A stretch of 62,537 bases of DNA, the filler included, from Chiloscyllium plagiosum (taxonomy: Eukaryota), in the NCBI RefSeq assembly GCF_004010195.1. It is 5 parts of one record of this genome, joined end to end, with 100 filler letters (N's around TTAATTAATTAA, not from the genome) between each part and the next. Parts side by side here need not be neighbours in the genome. Positions count along the whole stretch, not along the records: positions 54,816 to 62,537 come from NC_057712.1; 4 more parts are not named here. One strand, 5' to 3'. Within the stretch, counting starts at the first letter, position 1. Every line of letters begins with the position of its first letter. Position numbers and translations under genes: made by a program. Positions 62,360 through 62,537 of this stretch are shown piece after piece. The notes under the pieces are model-generated. The model was not told the origin of the DNA, did not search any database, and saw only the letters and a list, made by a program, of their open reading frames with translations.

Positions 62360-62537
62360 AGAGTTGAAAAGTGTGGTGCTGGAAAAACACAGCAGGCCAG
62401 GCAACATCCGAGGAGCAGGAGAATCGACGTTTCAGGCATAAGCTCTTCTTCAGGAATGAGGCTGGTGTGCCAAGCGGTCTGAGATAAAAGGTGAGGGTTG
62501 TTGGGGTGAGGGGGTGGGGGGTGAGGGTTGTTGGGGT
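62360..62537 (-). mobile_element. Penelope-like terminus running off the right edge, inserted in an old CR1 tail (~62235-62359)
   Basis: gtgtggtgctggaaaaacacagcagg..; hammerhead-like core at 62422-62457. Confidence 0.8.

Overview
Eukaryotic, AT-rich, repeat-dense genomic DNA, almost certainly from a cartilaginous fish (shark-type HE1/V-SINEs and CR1 LINEs with an esterase ORF1). No prokaryote-type system is present. Most ORFs in the track are fragments of retroelements or chance ORFs. Supported content: (i) many CR1-clade LINE copies, several with ORF1 (Cys-rich N-terminus, coiled coil, SGNH esterase) or ORF2 (APE endonuclease, RT); (ii) a second CR1/L2-group LINE family; (iii) a Penelope-like element with RT and GIY-YIG domains, plus short Penelope-derived termini and fold-back elements carrying minimal hammerhead-ribozyme cores; (iv) tRNA-derived SINEs; (v) a fossil PIF/Harbinger transposase split by a multi-level nest of insertions (LINE > Penelope; LINE > putative solo LTR > CR1); (vi) candidate 3' exons of an unidentified + strand host gene, including a 60-nt cassette exon with a stop codon and a terminal exon encoding ETEL* followed by a 3' UTR. 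Four 100-bp gaps contain an artificial TTAATTAATTAA linker, so adjacency across them is inferred by the assembly and was not sequenced. I could not name the host gene. Repeat boundaries are approximate and read by eye.
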